DNA of 36,641 bases from Armatimonadota bacterium (GTDB lineage: Bacteria > Armatimonadota > Fimbriimonadia > Fimbriimonadales > GBS-DC), in assembly GCA_037444405.1 (NCBI GenBank), contig JBBIML010000028.1, positions 1 through 36,641 on the forward strand, read 5' to 3'. The translations under genes and the position numbers were made by a program. The notes below the pieces were generated by a model. That model saw only the letters and a program-made list of their open reading frames with translations, was not told the DNA's origin and searched no databases. Of the stretch, positions 16,370 through 25,921 are shown piece after piece (position 1 is the first letter of the stretch; each line of letters opens with the position of its first letter).

Positions 16370-17911
16370 GTGTCTCGAAGGGCACTGGTGATGGGGCTGT
16401 TATTGCTCGGCGGTGGGCTGCTGTATGCGCCGCATCTCACCGCGCCCTTCGTGTCGGACGATTACTTTATCTTCCTGCGTGTGCGGGAGGGTGGCGCGTT
16501 TGGCGTCGCGACTCATCCGCCCACCAGCTTCTATCGTCCGCTCACTTCGCTGCACTACTATCTGGACTACAGGCTGTGGGGGCTTCAGCCGCTCTGGTCG
16601 CATCTGGTCGATGTCGGCTGGCATCTGCTCTGTACGGGACTGGTGGCGCTGTTGAGCTGGTGCTGGTGGCGGGATCGTGGCTGGTTGGAGGGGCAGGTGT
16701 GGCGAGCGACGGTGCTAACGGCGGCGCTGTTTCTGGTGCTGCCCGTGCATGCGGAGGCGGTCGCATGGATGGCGTCCCGCGCCGATCTGGTCACCACAGC
16801 GGTGGCTATCGCCTCTCTTCTGATGGTGCGTCAGGCGATTCAGCGGGGTGGCTGGCTCTGGGAGGGGCTGGCGCTGCTCTGCTTCACGGCGGGCTTGTTC
16901 GCCAAAGAGTCGCTGCTCACCTTTCCACTGATTGCCTGGCTGTGGCTGCGCCACCTGAAGGCGCCGCATGGGGGCTGGCGTGTGTTGCCCTATCTGGCGG
17001 TGCTAACGGTTTTCCTGTGGCTGCGCAGCCGGGCGGTGGGTGGACTGGGCGCCTATCCGCAGGCATGGGAGATTCTTGCCCAGCCGTGGTGGATTCTGAT
17101 CCATCTGATGGTCTATCTGGCGCAGCTGGCGATGCCCACGATTCTGTTCGGGCTGGGGCGCGATGGCATTGACACGCTGTTGTGGCTGGGCTGGGGGCTG
17201 GCGATTGCCGTCATGCTGTGGGGCTGGAAACGTTCCTCGCCCGCGCCCTCGCCTCAGAGGGGAGAGGGCTTGCTGGTGGGCTTTGCGCTGGTGTCGCTGC
17301 TGCCCGTGCTGCTGTTCAAGCCGTCGCCCTGGCACTTTTTGAACAGCCGCTACAGCTATCTGGCGTCGGCTTGGCTGGTGGTGGCAGCTGCTGGCATACT
17401 GGCACAGGGCTGGGAGCGATCGAAGTTGATTCGCGGGTGTGGCGTGGCGTTGCTGCTTCTTTATGCGGCGGGCACACTGCGTCAGGTGAACGCATGGGCG
17501 ACGGCGGGCAAAATTGCACACAGCACGCTTCAGTCGCTCCAATCGCTGCCAGCGGACCGCCCGATCGTGATATTGAGCGTACCTGACCACTATCGGGGCG
17601 CTTATATCTGGCGAACGGGCATCCATGAAGCGATAGCCCTTTTGTTGCCTGAGCGCGCTCAGATGCCGCTCTACGCGCTGAGCCGATTCACGATGCGCCT
17701 TGCGCCCGACACGGCGGTGCTTTACGATTCGGGCACGGCGCGTCTATCCCGCTCGGAAGACATCTTCCTGCCGCCTGAAAATACGCGCCTGCTGCCCGAT
17801 AGCGCCCAACACTGGCAGCTCCAGCCGCAGCGCCTGCAGATAGACCCCCACTGGCAATCGCGCTATCGGCTGGTGCGTTACGAGAACGGGCGTTTTGCGC
17901 CTGTGCAATAA
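16370..17911 (+). CDS. Polytopic membrane protein, GT-C/PMT-like glycosyltransferase
   Basis: DDY after the first TM, FYRPL, PVHAEAVAW, AKES, RYSY; more than 10 hydrophobic segments. Confidence 0.75.
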   Translation: MSRRALVMGLLLLGGGLLYAPHLTAPFVSDDYFIFLRVREGGAFGVATHPPTSFYRPLTSLHYYLDYRLWGLQPLWSHLVDVGWHLLCTGLVALLSWCWWRDRGWLEGQVWRATVLTAALFLVLPVHAEAVAWMASRADLVTTAVAIASLLMVRQAIQRGGWLWEGLALLCFTAGLFAKESLLTFPLIAWLWLRHLKAPHGGWRVLPYLAVLTVFLWLRSRAVGGLGAYPQAWEILAQPWWILIHLMVYLAQLAMPTILFGLGRDGIDTLLWLGWGLAIAVMLWGWKRSSPAPSPQRGEGLLVGFALVSLLPVLLFKPSPWHFLNSRYSYLASAWLVVAAAGILAQGWERSKLIRGCGVALLLLYAAGTLRQVNAWATAGKIAHSTLQSLQSLPADRPIVILSVPDHYRGAYIWRTGIHEAIALLLPERAQMPLYALSRFTMRLAPDTAVLYDSGTARLSRSEDIFLPPENTRLLPDSAQHWQLQPQRLQIDPHWQSRYRLVRYENGRFAPVQ

Positions 17912-17939
17912 AGGGGCATGGGCGGTTGCCCATGCCCCT
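17912..17939. terminator. 12-bp perfect hairpin between convergent genes
   Basis: AGGGGCATGGGC-GGTT-GCCCATGCCCCT. Confidence 0.7.
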
Positions 17940-17949
17940 CTGGAGCGGT

Positions 17950-18738
17950 TTAGCCGCCCGTGCCGAAGTTGAACAGCACCGTCAGCAGGTCGGCGTCGTC
18001 CACGATGCCGTCGCCGTTGGTGTCTTCGGCTTCGCTGTTGGTGCCGAAGGCGAACAGCACCGCCAGCAGGTCGGCGTCATCCACGATGCAGTCGTCGTTC
18101 ACATTGCCCAGCGACTTCGGAATGCCGCCACCGTAGCCCACCCAGTCCATGTTGAAGATGCGCGCCGTAACAGCCAAAGCGTCTTGTTGAATGCAGAACA
18201 GGTAGCCGTCAGCGCGCAGCATATTGTAGGTGTCGCCGCCGTTCGGCACGATTCGCAGCGTGACATTCTGCTGAAGTTGACCGAGCGGGTCGGGCTGGCA
18301 GCTGATGCGCGTGACCTGCCCCTGCAGCGCGCCTTCCACATGGGTGATCAGCACCTGCACCTGTGCGCCGATGTCGACGATGATACACTCGTTGGGATCA
18401 AAGGCGCCGCTCCAGCGCACGATTGCTGTGGTGCCGTCGTCGGAGATAACCGTGGCAATCAGGGGCACCTGATAGTTCAGCCCCACATCGGGCAGCAGCT
18501 GTGCCAGATCGAGCAGCACATCGAGCGCAAGCCCGTCGTTGTTGAGGTCCTGGAAGTTGAACGCGATCGGGTCGCTGGCACTGAATGTGCCCGACTGACT
18601 GATAGCGCCCGTGATTTCGTAGTTCCCACTCAGGAACTGCCAGCTGATGGCGCCGCCGCGCTCCAGCTCGCTGGCGATCTGCGCCGTTGCCATGCTCATA
18701 GCCAGCGCAAAGACAGTCCAAAGGCTTATTGTTCGCAT
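17950..18738 (-). CDS. Secreted protein with C-terminal dockerin/EF-hand-like tag
   Basis: Signal peptide MRTISLWTVFALAMSMATA; GNVNDDCIVDDADLL...EDTNGDGIVDDADLLTVLFNFG; GGGAGG SD. Confidence 0.8.
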   Translation of the reverse strand: MRTISLWTVFALAMSMATAQIASELERGGAISWQFLSGNYEITGAISQSGTFSASDPIAFNFQDLNNDGLALDVLLDLAQLLPDVGLNYQVPLIATVISDDGTTAIVRWSGAFDPNECIIVDIGAQVQVLITHVEGALQGQVTRISCQPDPLGQLQQNVTLRIVPNGGDTYNMLRADGYLFCIQQDALAVTARIFNMDWVGYGGGIPKSLGNVNDDCIVDDADLLAVLFAFGTNSEAEDTNGDGIVDDADLLTVLFNFGTGG

Positions 18739-18788
18739 TGCATCGACCTCCCTTCGTCGTGTTCGCTCCCGCATTCGCAGGTGGCATT

Positions 18789-19568
18789 TTATTTATTCAA
18801 CGCTCTCTCCCGCGATTCCTGCTTTTTCTGACCCGCTGGTTGGTCAGGATAGGCGATTCGGAGCAGGGCGTCGCGCTCTTCGGGGGTCAGCTCGCGCCAA
18901 GCACCGGGCGGGAGGTCTTCTGTCAGGCGCAGGGGTCCGAAGGCGACGCGCACCAAGCGCTGCACAGGGTGTCCGACGGCGGCACACATGCGTTTGACCT
19001 GTCGCTTGCGCCCCTCGTGAATGGTGATTTCCAGCAGGCTCTGCTGGCGTCCGCGTTTGAGCAATCGCACCTGCGCGGGCGCGGTTTTGCCCTCTTCCAG
19101 CCTCACGCCCTCGCGCAGCTGGCGCAGAGCCGATTCGCCTGGTGTGCCTCTCACCCACACGCGATAAGTTTTGTTCACCTTATAGCGTGGGTGCAGGAGG
19201 CGGTTCGCCAGCTCGCCGTCGTTGGTCAGCAGCAGCACGCCTTCCGCGTCGGCGTCCAGTCGCCCCACAGGGAAGACAGGCGTCTTTAAACCCCGAAGCA
19301 GTTCCATCACCGTGCGGGGTGCGTGTGGGTCCTTGCGTGTGGTGACATAGCCCGCGGGCTTGTGGAGCAGGATGTAGAGTGGGGCAGGTGGAGGTGGCAG
19401 CGGCTTGCCATCGATGGTGACCTGGTCGTTTTCGGGGTCGATCTGCATTCCCAGCGTGGCGCGTTGCCCGTTCACCTGTACGCGCCCCTGCTGGATCAGC
19501 TGCTCGCAGGCGCGACGCGAGCCAGCGCCACACCGTGCCATCCACTTCTGCAGGCGAATCGTCGTCAT
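18789..19568 (-). CDS. rluB: rRNA pseudouridine synthase, RluB/RsuA family
   Basis: S4 domain RLQKWMA...SRR, HKPAG, PVGRLD, EGRKRQVKRM; the true start lies after the tRNA. Confidence 0.88.
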   Translation of the reverse strand: MTTIRLQKWMARCGAGSRRACEQLIQQGRVQVNGQRATLGMQIDPENDQVTIDGKPLPPPPAPLYILLHKPAGYVTTRKDPHAPRTVMELLRGLKTPVFPVGRLDADAEGVLLLTNDGELANRLLHPRYKVNKTYRVWVRGTPGESALRQLREGVRLEEGKTAPAQVRLLKRGRQQSLLEITIHEGRKRQVKRMCAAVGHPVQRLVRVAFGPLRLTEDLPPGAWRELTPEERDALLRIAYPDQPAGQKKQESRERALNK

Positions 19569-19579
19569 TAAATAAAATC

Positions 19580-19654
19580 TGGCTCCTGGGGCAGGATTCG
19601 AACCTGCAACCTGGTGGTTAACAGCCACCCGCTCTACCGTTGAGCTACCCAGGA
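19580..19654 (-). tRNA. tRNA-Asn(GTT)
   Basis: TCCTGGGTAGCTCAACGGTAGAGCGGGTGGCT-GTT-AACCACCAGGTTGCAGGTTCGAATCCTGCCCCAGGAGCCA; cloverleaf with encoded CCA. Confidence 0.97.
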
Positions 19655-19663
19655 ACCGCCTTT

Positions 19664-19693
19664 AATATACCACGCTCGAAGCCCTTTTGTCAA
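19664..19693 (-). promoter_or_regulatory. sigma70 promoter of tRNA-Asn/rluB
   Basis: TTGACA-18 nt-TATATT with extended TGG, just upstream of the tRNA. Confidence 0.75.
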
Positions 19694-19704
19694 GGGGGTT
19701 GGGA

Positions 19705-19793
19705 GAGGGTGTTCGAAAACAGGGCGCGGTCGCCGCGCCCGTACCCGCGCCCTGCTCAAGCGGCTCGCAAGAGATGATTTTTCGAACAGCCTC
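19705..19793. mobile_element. MITE-like element with 15-bp terminal inverted repeats
   Basis: GAGGGTGTTCGAAAA ... TTTTCGAACAGCCTC (14/15); flanked by GGGGTTGGG on both sides; internal REP-like hairpin. Confidence 0.55.
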
Positions 19794-19901
19794 AGGGGTT
19801 GGGGGAACCGAAGCCTGTTCCTGCTGGCTCTGAACCGAATCTGGTACAATTCTGCCGTTCGCGCTTGCGCTGGTGAACCGATTCGGAATCGGCGGAACGC
19901 C

Positions 19902-20525
19902 ATGATTTACGACATCAGTGTGATGCTGGAGCCAGAGATGCCCATCTATCCGGGCGATGCGCCCTACGCGCTGGAGCCGATGCTGCGGATCGCGGAGGGC
20001 GCGGTCTGCAACCTGTCGCGCCTGATGATGGGCACGCACACGGGCACGCACATCGACGCGCCCTGGCACTTCAACGAGCAGGGCAAGCGCGTGCATCAGA
20101 TTCCGCTGGATCGGCTGATTGGGCTGGCATGGGTCGCTGACCTGCGCGGGCACAAAGCCATCACCGCCGACGCGCTCCAGCGGGCGAACATCCCGCTCAC
20201 CACGCGCCTGCTCATCAAAACGGACAACAGTGCGCTCTGGCAACGGCGCGGATTCCAGAAGAAGTTTGTATACCTCACCGCCGACGCCGCCGACTGGCTG
20301 ATTGAACACACCATCAGCGTGGTGGGGCTGGACTATCTCTCGGTGGAGCGGTTCGGCGCGCCGGAACCGGTGGTTCACGCCAAACTTTGCGGCGCGGGAC
20401 TCGTCATAATAGAGGGGTTGAACCTGAGCGCGGTGCCAGAAGGCGAATATGAGCTGATCTGCATGCCGCTCAAGCTCAAAGACGCCGACGGCGCGCCCGC
20501 GCGTGTCGCCCTGCGCACACTCTGA
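19902..20525 (+). CDS. Cyclase family protein / kynurenine formamidase-like
   Basis: HTGTHIDAPWHF, GLDYLSVE, IIEGL, DGAPAR. Confidence 0.9.
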   Translation: MIYDISVMLEPEMPIYPGDAPYALEPMLRIAEGAVCNLSRLMMGTHTGTHIDAPWHFNEQGKRVHQIPLDRLIGLAWVADLRGHKAITADALQRANIPLTTRLLIKTDNSALWQRRGFQKKFVYLTADAADWLIEHTISVVGLDYLSVERFGAPEPVVHAKLCGAGLVIIEGLNLSAVPEGEYELICMPLKLKDADGAPARVALRTL

Positions 20526-20549
20526 TGAAAGGTATACTGGCAAACGGCG

Positions 20550-21278
20550 ATGAAACCCGTTATCGAGGTACACAATATCACAAAAGACTATCGGCTGGGC
20601 AAGATTGTGGTTCACGCCCTGCGTGGGGTCAGCCTCACCGTGATGCCGGGTGAGTTCGTGGCGATTATGGGACCGTCGGGTTCGGGCAAGTCCACTTTTA
20701 TGAACATTATCGGTTGCCTTGACCGCCCCACCAGCGGCGAATATTATCTGAATGGCGAGCTGGTCAGCGCGATGAACGATTCGCAGCTGGCGCAGATTCG
20801 CAATCGCTATGTCGGCTTCGTGTTCCAGACCTTCAATCTGCTGCCGCGCATGACGGCGTTGCGCAATGTGGAGCTGCCCCTGCTCTATGCGGGCGTGCGG
20901 GATCGCACGGAGCGGGCGAAACGCGCTCTGGAGCTGGTGGGGCTGGGCGACCGCCTGCACCATCGCCCGAACGAACTTTCAGGCGGTCAGCAGCAGCGCG
21001 TCGCTATCGCCCGCGCGATTGTCACCGATCCGCTGCTCATCCTGGCTGACGAGCCAACGGGCAACCTCGACTCGCGCTCCAGTGAGGAGATTATGGCTCT
21101 CTTCCAGCAGCTCAATCGGCAGGGGCGCACAATTGTGCTGGTGACGCATGAGCAGCACATCGCCGAGCATGCGAAGCGGATTGTGCGCTTTCGGGATGGC
21201 AAAATCATCGCCGATGAGCCGGTGCCGAACCCGCGCGACGCCGCCCGCGAGATGGAGGCGCTACCCGTGCTGGATTAG
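20550..21278 (+). CDS. ABC ATP-binding protein, MacB/LolD family
   Basis: [40 protein letters not shown]. Confidence 0.95.
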   Translation: MKPVIEVHNITKDYRLGKIVVHALRGVSLTVMPGEFVAIMGPSGSGKSTFMNIIGCLDRPTSGEYYLNGELVSAMNDSQLAQIRNRYVGFVFQTFNLLPRMTALRNVELPLLYAGVRDRTERAKRALELVGLGDRLHHRPNELSGGQQQRVAIARAIVTDPLLILADEPTGNLDSRSSEEIMALFQQLNRQGRTIVLVTHEQHIAEHAKRIVRFRDGKIIADEPVPNPRDAAREMEALPVLD

Positions 21279-21802
21279 AACCAGCGGCGCAGTTTGCGAG
21301 CGGTGATAATCTCCGTGTTCATGCCGACCCAGTGCAGGCTGCCGCTGTAGCGCCCGTGTTCCATTTTGATACAGCGGTCCATAATCACGGTCAGCCCGGC
21401 GCGTTCCGCCAGCTCCGCCGCCTCCAGGCTCACGATGCGTAGCTGCATCCACACGCACCATGCGCCCTTCTCGATGGCTTGCTGCACAATCGCGGGGCAC
21501 TCCCGTGCAGGGCGAAAGATGTCGACCACATCCACCGGATCGGGAATGCTCCGCACATCGGGGTAGCACCGCTCGCCCAGTATCTCGGTGGCGTTCGGAT
21601 TAACAGGGATAACCCGATAGCCCTCATACTGCAGGTAGGCGCCCACCATGTGGCTCGCCTTGTACTTATCGGTCGAGATGCCCACAATCGCGATCGTACG
21701 GGCATCGCGCAACACGCGCCGAATCACTTCGGGGTTCTGATACTTTTCGCGCAGCTCTGGCGGCAGGATCGAGTTCAGCGTAATGTCGCAGGCTAACTCC
21801 AT
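21275..21802 (-). CDS. CoA-binding protein (YccU-like)
   Basis: [35 protein letters not shown]. Confidence 0.9.
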   Translation of the reverse strand: MELACDITLNSILPPELREKYQNPEVIRRVLRDARTIAIVGISTDKYKASHMVGAYLQYEGYRVIPVNPNATEILGERCYPDVRSIPDPVDVVDIFRPARECPAIVQQAIEKGAWCVWMQLRIVSLEAAELAERAGLTVIMDRCIKMEHGRYSGSLHWVGMNTEIITARKLRRWF

Positions 21803-21805
21803 CGT

Positions 21806-23113
21806 TCACACCTCCTTTGCGACGGCGCAGAGCGCCTGGTCTAAGTCCCACAGCAGGTCGTCCAGCGTCTCCAGCCCGATGGAGAGCCGGATCAGGTCGG
21901 GCGTGATGCCTGCCTGCAGCAGCTCCTCATCGGAGAGTTGCTGGTGGGTGGTGGAGGCGGGGTGGATGACCAGACTGCGCACATCGCCCACATTGGCGAG
22001 ATGGGAGAAGAGCTGCAGGTGCTGGATGAAGCGTTTGCCCGCCTCGCGTGCGCCGAGCGAACCGCCCTTGATGCCGAACGACAGCACCGCGCCCGCGCCC
22101 TTCGGCAGGTACTTCTTCATCAGCGCGTGATCGGGATGGTCGGGCAGACCGGCATAGGCGACCCACGCCACCTGCGGATGCTCCTTCAGGAACTGCGCCA
22201 CGCCCAGCGCGTTCTGCACATGGCGCTCCATCCGCACCGAGAGCGTCTCCACACCCTGCAAAATCAGAAAGGCATTAAAGGGCGACATGCAGGCGCCAAT
22301 ATCGCGCAGCGCCTCCGCCCGCAGCTTCATCAAGAAGCCGTAGTGCCCGAAAGTCTCATAAAACTTCAGGTTGTGATAGGCGGGGGAAGGGTCCGCAATC
22401 GTCGGGAAGTGGCTGTAATCGAAGGTGCCCGATTCGACCACAATCCCGCCGATGGAGTTGCCGTGCCCGCCCAGAAACTTGGTTGCTGAATGCACCACAA
22501 TCGTCGCACCCCATTCAATCGGGCGGCACAGATAGGGTGTGGCGAAGGTGTTGTCCACCACCAGCGGGATGCGGTGCGTGTTTGCCAGCTGCGCCAGCCG
22601 TTCGATGTCCAGAATGCTGCCGCGCGGGTTGCCGATGGTTTCGCCGTAGAGGGCGCGCGTGCGCGGCGTGATGGCACGCTCCCAGCCGTCCCAATCGTGC
22701 GGCTCCACAAAGTGAACCTTGATGCCCAGCTTTCTGAAGGTATGCACGAACTGGGTCATCGTGCCGCCATAGAGATGCGAGGAGGAGACAATCTCATCGC
22801 CTGGCTCCAGCAGGGTGGCGAAGGTCAGATACTGGGCAGCCATGCCGCTGGCGGTCGCCACCGCGCCCGTGCCGCCCTCCAGCGAGGCGACCCGCTCCTC
22901 CAGCACGGCGGTCGTCGGGTTGTTGATGCGCGTGTAGATGTTGCCGTACTGCTTCAGCTCGAACAGTTGTGCGGCGTAGTCGGGATCGTCAAACACATAC
23001 GAGGTGGTCTGATAGATGGGCACGGCACGCGAACCCGTGTAAGGATCGGGAATGTGCCCTGCGTGAACCATGCGCGTCTCAAAACCGAATCGGCGTCGCT
23101 CCTGTTTCGCCAT
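21806..23113 (-). CDS. metY: O-acetylhomoserine aminocarboxypropyltransferase / OAH-OAS sulfhydrylase
   Basis: PIYQTTSY, NIYTRINNPT, ASGMAA, DNTFATP, HSATKF, LANVGD, HPASTTH. Confidence 0.92.
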   Translation of the reverse strand: MAKQERRRFGFETRMVHAGHIPDPYTGSRAVPIYQTTSYVFDDPDYAAQLFELKQYGNIYTRINNPTTAVLEERVASLEGGTGAVATASGMAAQYLTFATLLEPGDEIVSSSHLYGGTMTQFVHTFRKLGIKVHFVEPHDWDGWERAITPRTRALYGETIGNPRGSILDIERLAQLANTHRIPLVVDNTFATPYLCRPIEWGATIVVHSATKFLGGHGNSIGGIVVESGTFDYSHFPTIADPSPAYHNLKFYETFGHYGFLMKLRAEALRDIGACMSPFNAFLILQGVETLSVRMERHVQNALGVAQFLKEHPQVAWVAYAGLPDHPDHALMKKYLPKGAGAVLSFGIKGGSLGAREAGKRFIQHLQLFSHLANVGDVRSLVIHPASTTHQQLSDEELLQAGITPDLIRLSIGLETLDDLLWDLDQALCAVAKEV

Positions 23114-23164
23114 ACTCACGGTGAAAGTATACCCAGCGGGTAAACTTATGGCAGGTGAGTGAGG

Positions 23165-24544
23165 ATGGATCGGACGCAAGCGTTTGAGCAACCCGACGCG
23201 GAGCGCACGCAGGCGATGGGGCAACCGCTGGACCCGCTGCACACGCAGGCGATGAGTGGTGTGCCCGACCCGAACCGCACGCAGGCAGTGCCTGGACTGG
23301 GCGCACCGCCGAGCCGCGCCCTGACGATGACCACCGTGCTGGGGCGACCTGTCGCGCTGGCGAACAGCATCGCCCGCGAGGGACTGCTGCTCGAAATCAC
23401 GGGCGCACCCACCGCCACCGCCCGCGCACCGCTCAACCTCTGCCTCGTGATCGACCGCAGTGGCTCGATGGAAGGCACGCCGTTAGAATATGTCAAACGC
23501 GCCTGCAGCTATGTGGTCGATCTGCTCAGCGACCAGGATGTGCTATCCATCGTGACCTTTGAGGAGACCGTCGAGGTGCTGATGCCGCCCCGCAAAATCG
23601 TGAACAAGCAACTGGTCAAGGAGCATATCAATCGCCTGACGCCGGGCAACACGACCAATCTCTACGACGGGCTGGTGCTGGGCATTCAGCAGCTCACCTC
23701 GCTGAACCTGCCAGGCTATCAGAGCCATCTGATGCTCTTTACCGATGGTGAGCCGACGGTCGGCATCAAAGATTTCAGCACGATTGTGGGCGTGGCGGCG
23801 CGGGCGAAGGAGCATCAGTTCCACATCACCGCGCTCGGCTTCGGTCCCGACTACAACGAGGAGTTGCTGGCGGGCATCGCACGGCGCAGCGGCGGCAAAT
23901 ATTACTACATCGACCGCCCGGAGCGCATCCCCGAAATCTTTCAGCAGGAGCTGCAGCGGCTGATGACGGTGGTCGCCCGCAATCTCAAGCTGGAGGTTCA
24001 GCTGGCGCGCTGGGTTCAGGTGCGGCAGGCGTTCGGGGGCGAGCTGCACCTGCGCGGGCGCACAGCCGAGCTGACGCTGGTGGATGTGGAGCGCGGCAGC
24101 CAGCTCACGCCCGTGCTGGAACTGGAGTTCCCCAACCACCCTGCCGGGGTCTACCGTATCGCCCGCCTCAAGCTCACCTATGACGATAATCTCACCGGGC
24201 GTACCGAGACGCTCACCGACGAGGTAGTGCTGGAGTTCGTGACCGATCCCGCTCGCGCGAATGTGCCGCAGGACCCGCGCGTGGCGAACGAGCTGCAGGT
24301 TGCCGTGACCTCCCGCGCACTGGAAAAGACCATCATGGGCATGCGCACGCAACAGCTCTCGCAGGCGCAGGCGTTGCAGGAGCTGGAGCGCACCCGCGCC
24401 CTGCTGATGCAGCAGGGACGCCTGCAGGAGGCACAGGAGATCACGCAGGCAATCCGCGCCCTCCAGGGACAGGATACAGGTAGCGCGGAAAAGACGCTGA
24501 TGGGCACCATCGTACAGCTCGAACAGGCGAAGAAGGGGTCATAA
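23165..24544 (+). CDS. vWA domain protein with N-terminal TQA repeats
   Basis: PLNLCLVIDRSGSM MIDAS motif, TNL..GL, FTDG, ALGFG..YNEELL. Confidence 0.9.
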   Translation: MDRTQAFEQPDAERTQAMGQPLDPLHTQAMSGVPDPNRTQAVPGLGAPPSRALTMTTVLGRPVALANSIAREGLLLEITGAPTATARAPLNLCLVIDRSGSMEGTPLEYVKRACSYVVDLLSDQDVLSIVTFEETVEVLMPPRKIVNKQLVKEHINRLTPGNTTNLYDGLVLGIQQLTSLNLPGYQSHLMLFTDGEPTVGIKDFSTIVGVAARAKEHQFHITALGFGPDYNEELLAGIARRSGGKYYYIDRPERIPEIFQQELQRLMTVVARNLKLEVQLARWVQVRQAFGGELHLRGRTAELTLVDVERGSQLTPVLELEFPNHPAGVYRIARLKLTYDDNLTGRTETLTDEVVLEFVTDPARANVPQDPRVANELQVAVTSRALEKTIMGMRTQQLSQAQALQELERTRALLMQQGRLQEAQEITQAIRALQGQDTGSAEKTLMGTIVQLEQAKKGS

Positions 24545-24545
24545 G

Positions 24546-24830
24546 ATGGAACGCATTCCCGAATCGGAAGTGGGTCAGTGGCTGCAGCGCGTGCCGCACT
24601 GGCAGCGCGTCGGCAACGAGATCGAGCGCACCATTCGCTTCAAAAACTTTCGGGAGGCGCTCGCGTTTGTGGTGCAGGTCGGGCTGCTCGCCGAGCGCAT
24701 GGACCACCATCCTGATATCGAGATTCGCTATCGGCAGGTGACGCTCCGACTCAGCACGCACTCGGCAGGCGGGCTGACCGAGAGAGATTTCCAGCTCGCC
24801 CAGCAGATCGACGCGCTGCTGCCCGCCTGA
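24546..24830 (+). CDS. phhB: Pterin-4-alpha-carbinolamine dehydratase
   Basis: FKNFREAL, DHHPDI, STHSAGGLTERD. Confidence 0.92.
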   Translation: MERIPESEVGQWLQRVPHWQRVGNEIERTIRFKNFREALAFVVQVGLLAERMDHHPDIEIRYRQVTLRLSTHSAGGLTERDFQLAQQIDALLPA

Positions 24831-25835
24831 CTACGGCTCCACGAAATCGGCAATAAAGATGTTCGTCTCGCCGGGCACCTTCGCGTTGCGGTTCGACGCC
24901 CACACCAGCTTTTTGCCGTCGCGCGAGAACATCGGGAAGCCGTCGAACTGGGGCGTGTAGGTGATGCGCTCCAGCCCTGTGCCGTCGAGATTGATCAGAA
25001 AGAGGTCGAACTCGCGCCCGCGCGGGTCGTGATGGTTGGACGAGAAGATAATCTGTTTATTGCCCGGTCGCATAAAGGGCGCGAAGTTCGCTCCGCCCAG
25101 ACGGCTCACCTGCCACCTGCGTTTCCCGTCCGCGGTCATCACCCACAGCTCCAGCTTGCTGGGGCGCACGAGGCGCAACTTCAGCAACCGCTGAAACTCC
25201 TCAATCTCCTCTTTTGTGCTGGGATGATAGGCGCGATAGACAATATACTTGCCGTCCCACGAGTAGAACGCACCGCCGTTGTAGCCAATTTCATCGGTGA
25301 GGCGGGTGAACCGGCGCGTGCGCAGGTTATACTCGCACAGGTCAAGGTTGCCGTAGCGTGTGGTGGTGAACAGGATGCGGTCGCCGTCGGGATGGAACGA
25401 GCCTTCGGCGTTGTAGGCGTCGTCGTCGGTGATGGCTTCGCGCTGGCTGCCGTCGGCGTTCGCGATATAGAGCCGATAGGGGAACAGCCCCCACACATAG
25501 CCGTGCGTGCGGTCAGGCGGTGGCGGCGGCTCGTCGCCCGTCCAGTCGGTGGAGCTGTAGAGAATCTTTTTGCCGTCGGGCGACCAGAATCCGCAGGTGC
25601 AGCGCCCCTTGCCTGTGGAGACCAGTCGCACATCCGTGCCATCGATGTTCATCGTGAATATCTGGTCGGCTTTGAAGGGTGGGCGCGTGCTTTGAAAGAT
25701 GAGTTTCCTGCCGTCGAATGAGAAGTAGGCTTCGGCGTTCTCACCACCGAAGGTCAGTTGCCGAATGTTGCGCAGTCGTCGCTCACGCGGCTCGCGCAGC
25801 GCCTCTTCCTGCCTCACTGCTCGCACGCCTGCCAT
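24831..25835 (-). CDS. TolB-like (PD40) beta-propeller protein
   Basis: QLTFGGENAEAYFSFDG and repeated FS/WSxDG units; ATG 25835 follows GCTATACT; the longer ORF overlaps uvrA. Confidence 0.85.
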   Translation of the reverse strand: MAGVRAVRQEEALREPRERRLRNIRQLTFGGENAEAYFSFDGRKLIFQSTRPPFKADQIFTMNIDGTDVRLVSTGKGRCTCGFWSPDGKKILYSSTDWTGDEPPPPPDRTHGYVWGLFPYRLYIANADGSQREAITDDDAYNAEGSFHPDGDRILFTTTRYGNLDLCEYNLRTRRFTRLTDEIGYNGGAFYSWDGKYIVYRAYHPSTKEEIEEFQRLLKLRLVRPSKLELWVMTADGKRRWQVSRLGGANFAPFMRPGNKQIIFSSNHHDPRGREFDLFLINLDGTGLERITYTPQFDGFPMFSRDGKKLVWASNRNAKVPGETNIFIADFVEP

Positions 25836-25921
25836 AGCACAAAGTATAGCCCCGTGCGCCCTCGCCAAACTGTCGCCAAACCGACCCGATTTTGACGCCC
25901 GTGCGACATGCGTGGCAGGTT

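Noticed and set aside
18818..18834. CCTGCTTTTT match to the spacer's 3' part
   Set aside because: 10-nt low-complexity match outside the seed; expected by chance
19569..19628. N-terminal extension of the rluB ORF (MAVNHQVAGSNP...)
   Set aside because: It is a translation of the tRNA-Asn gene
19580..19654. tRNA as an integration site
   Set aside because: No integrase, and I saw no duplicated tRNA 3' end in the window
19662..20963. 433-aa minus-strand ORF and similar long antisense ORFs (8619-9545, 26635-27681, 32218-33399, 34483-35433)
   Set aside because: Shadow frames of well-supported genes in GC-rich DNA, with no motifs
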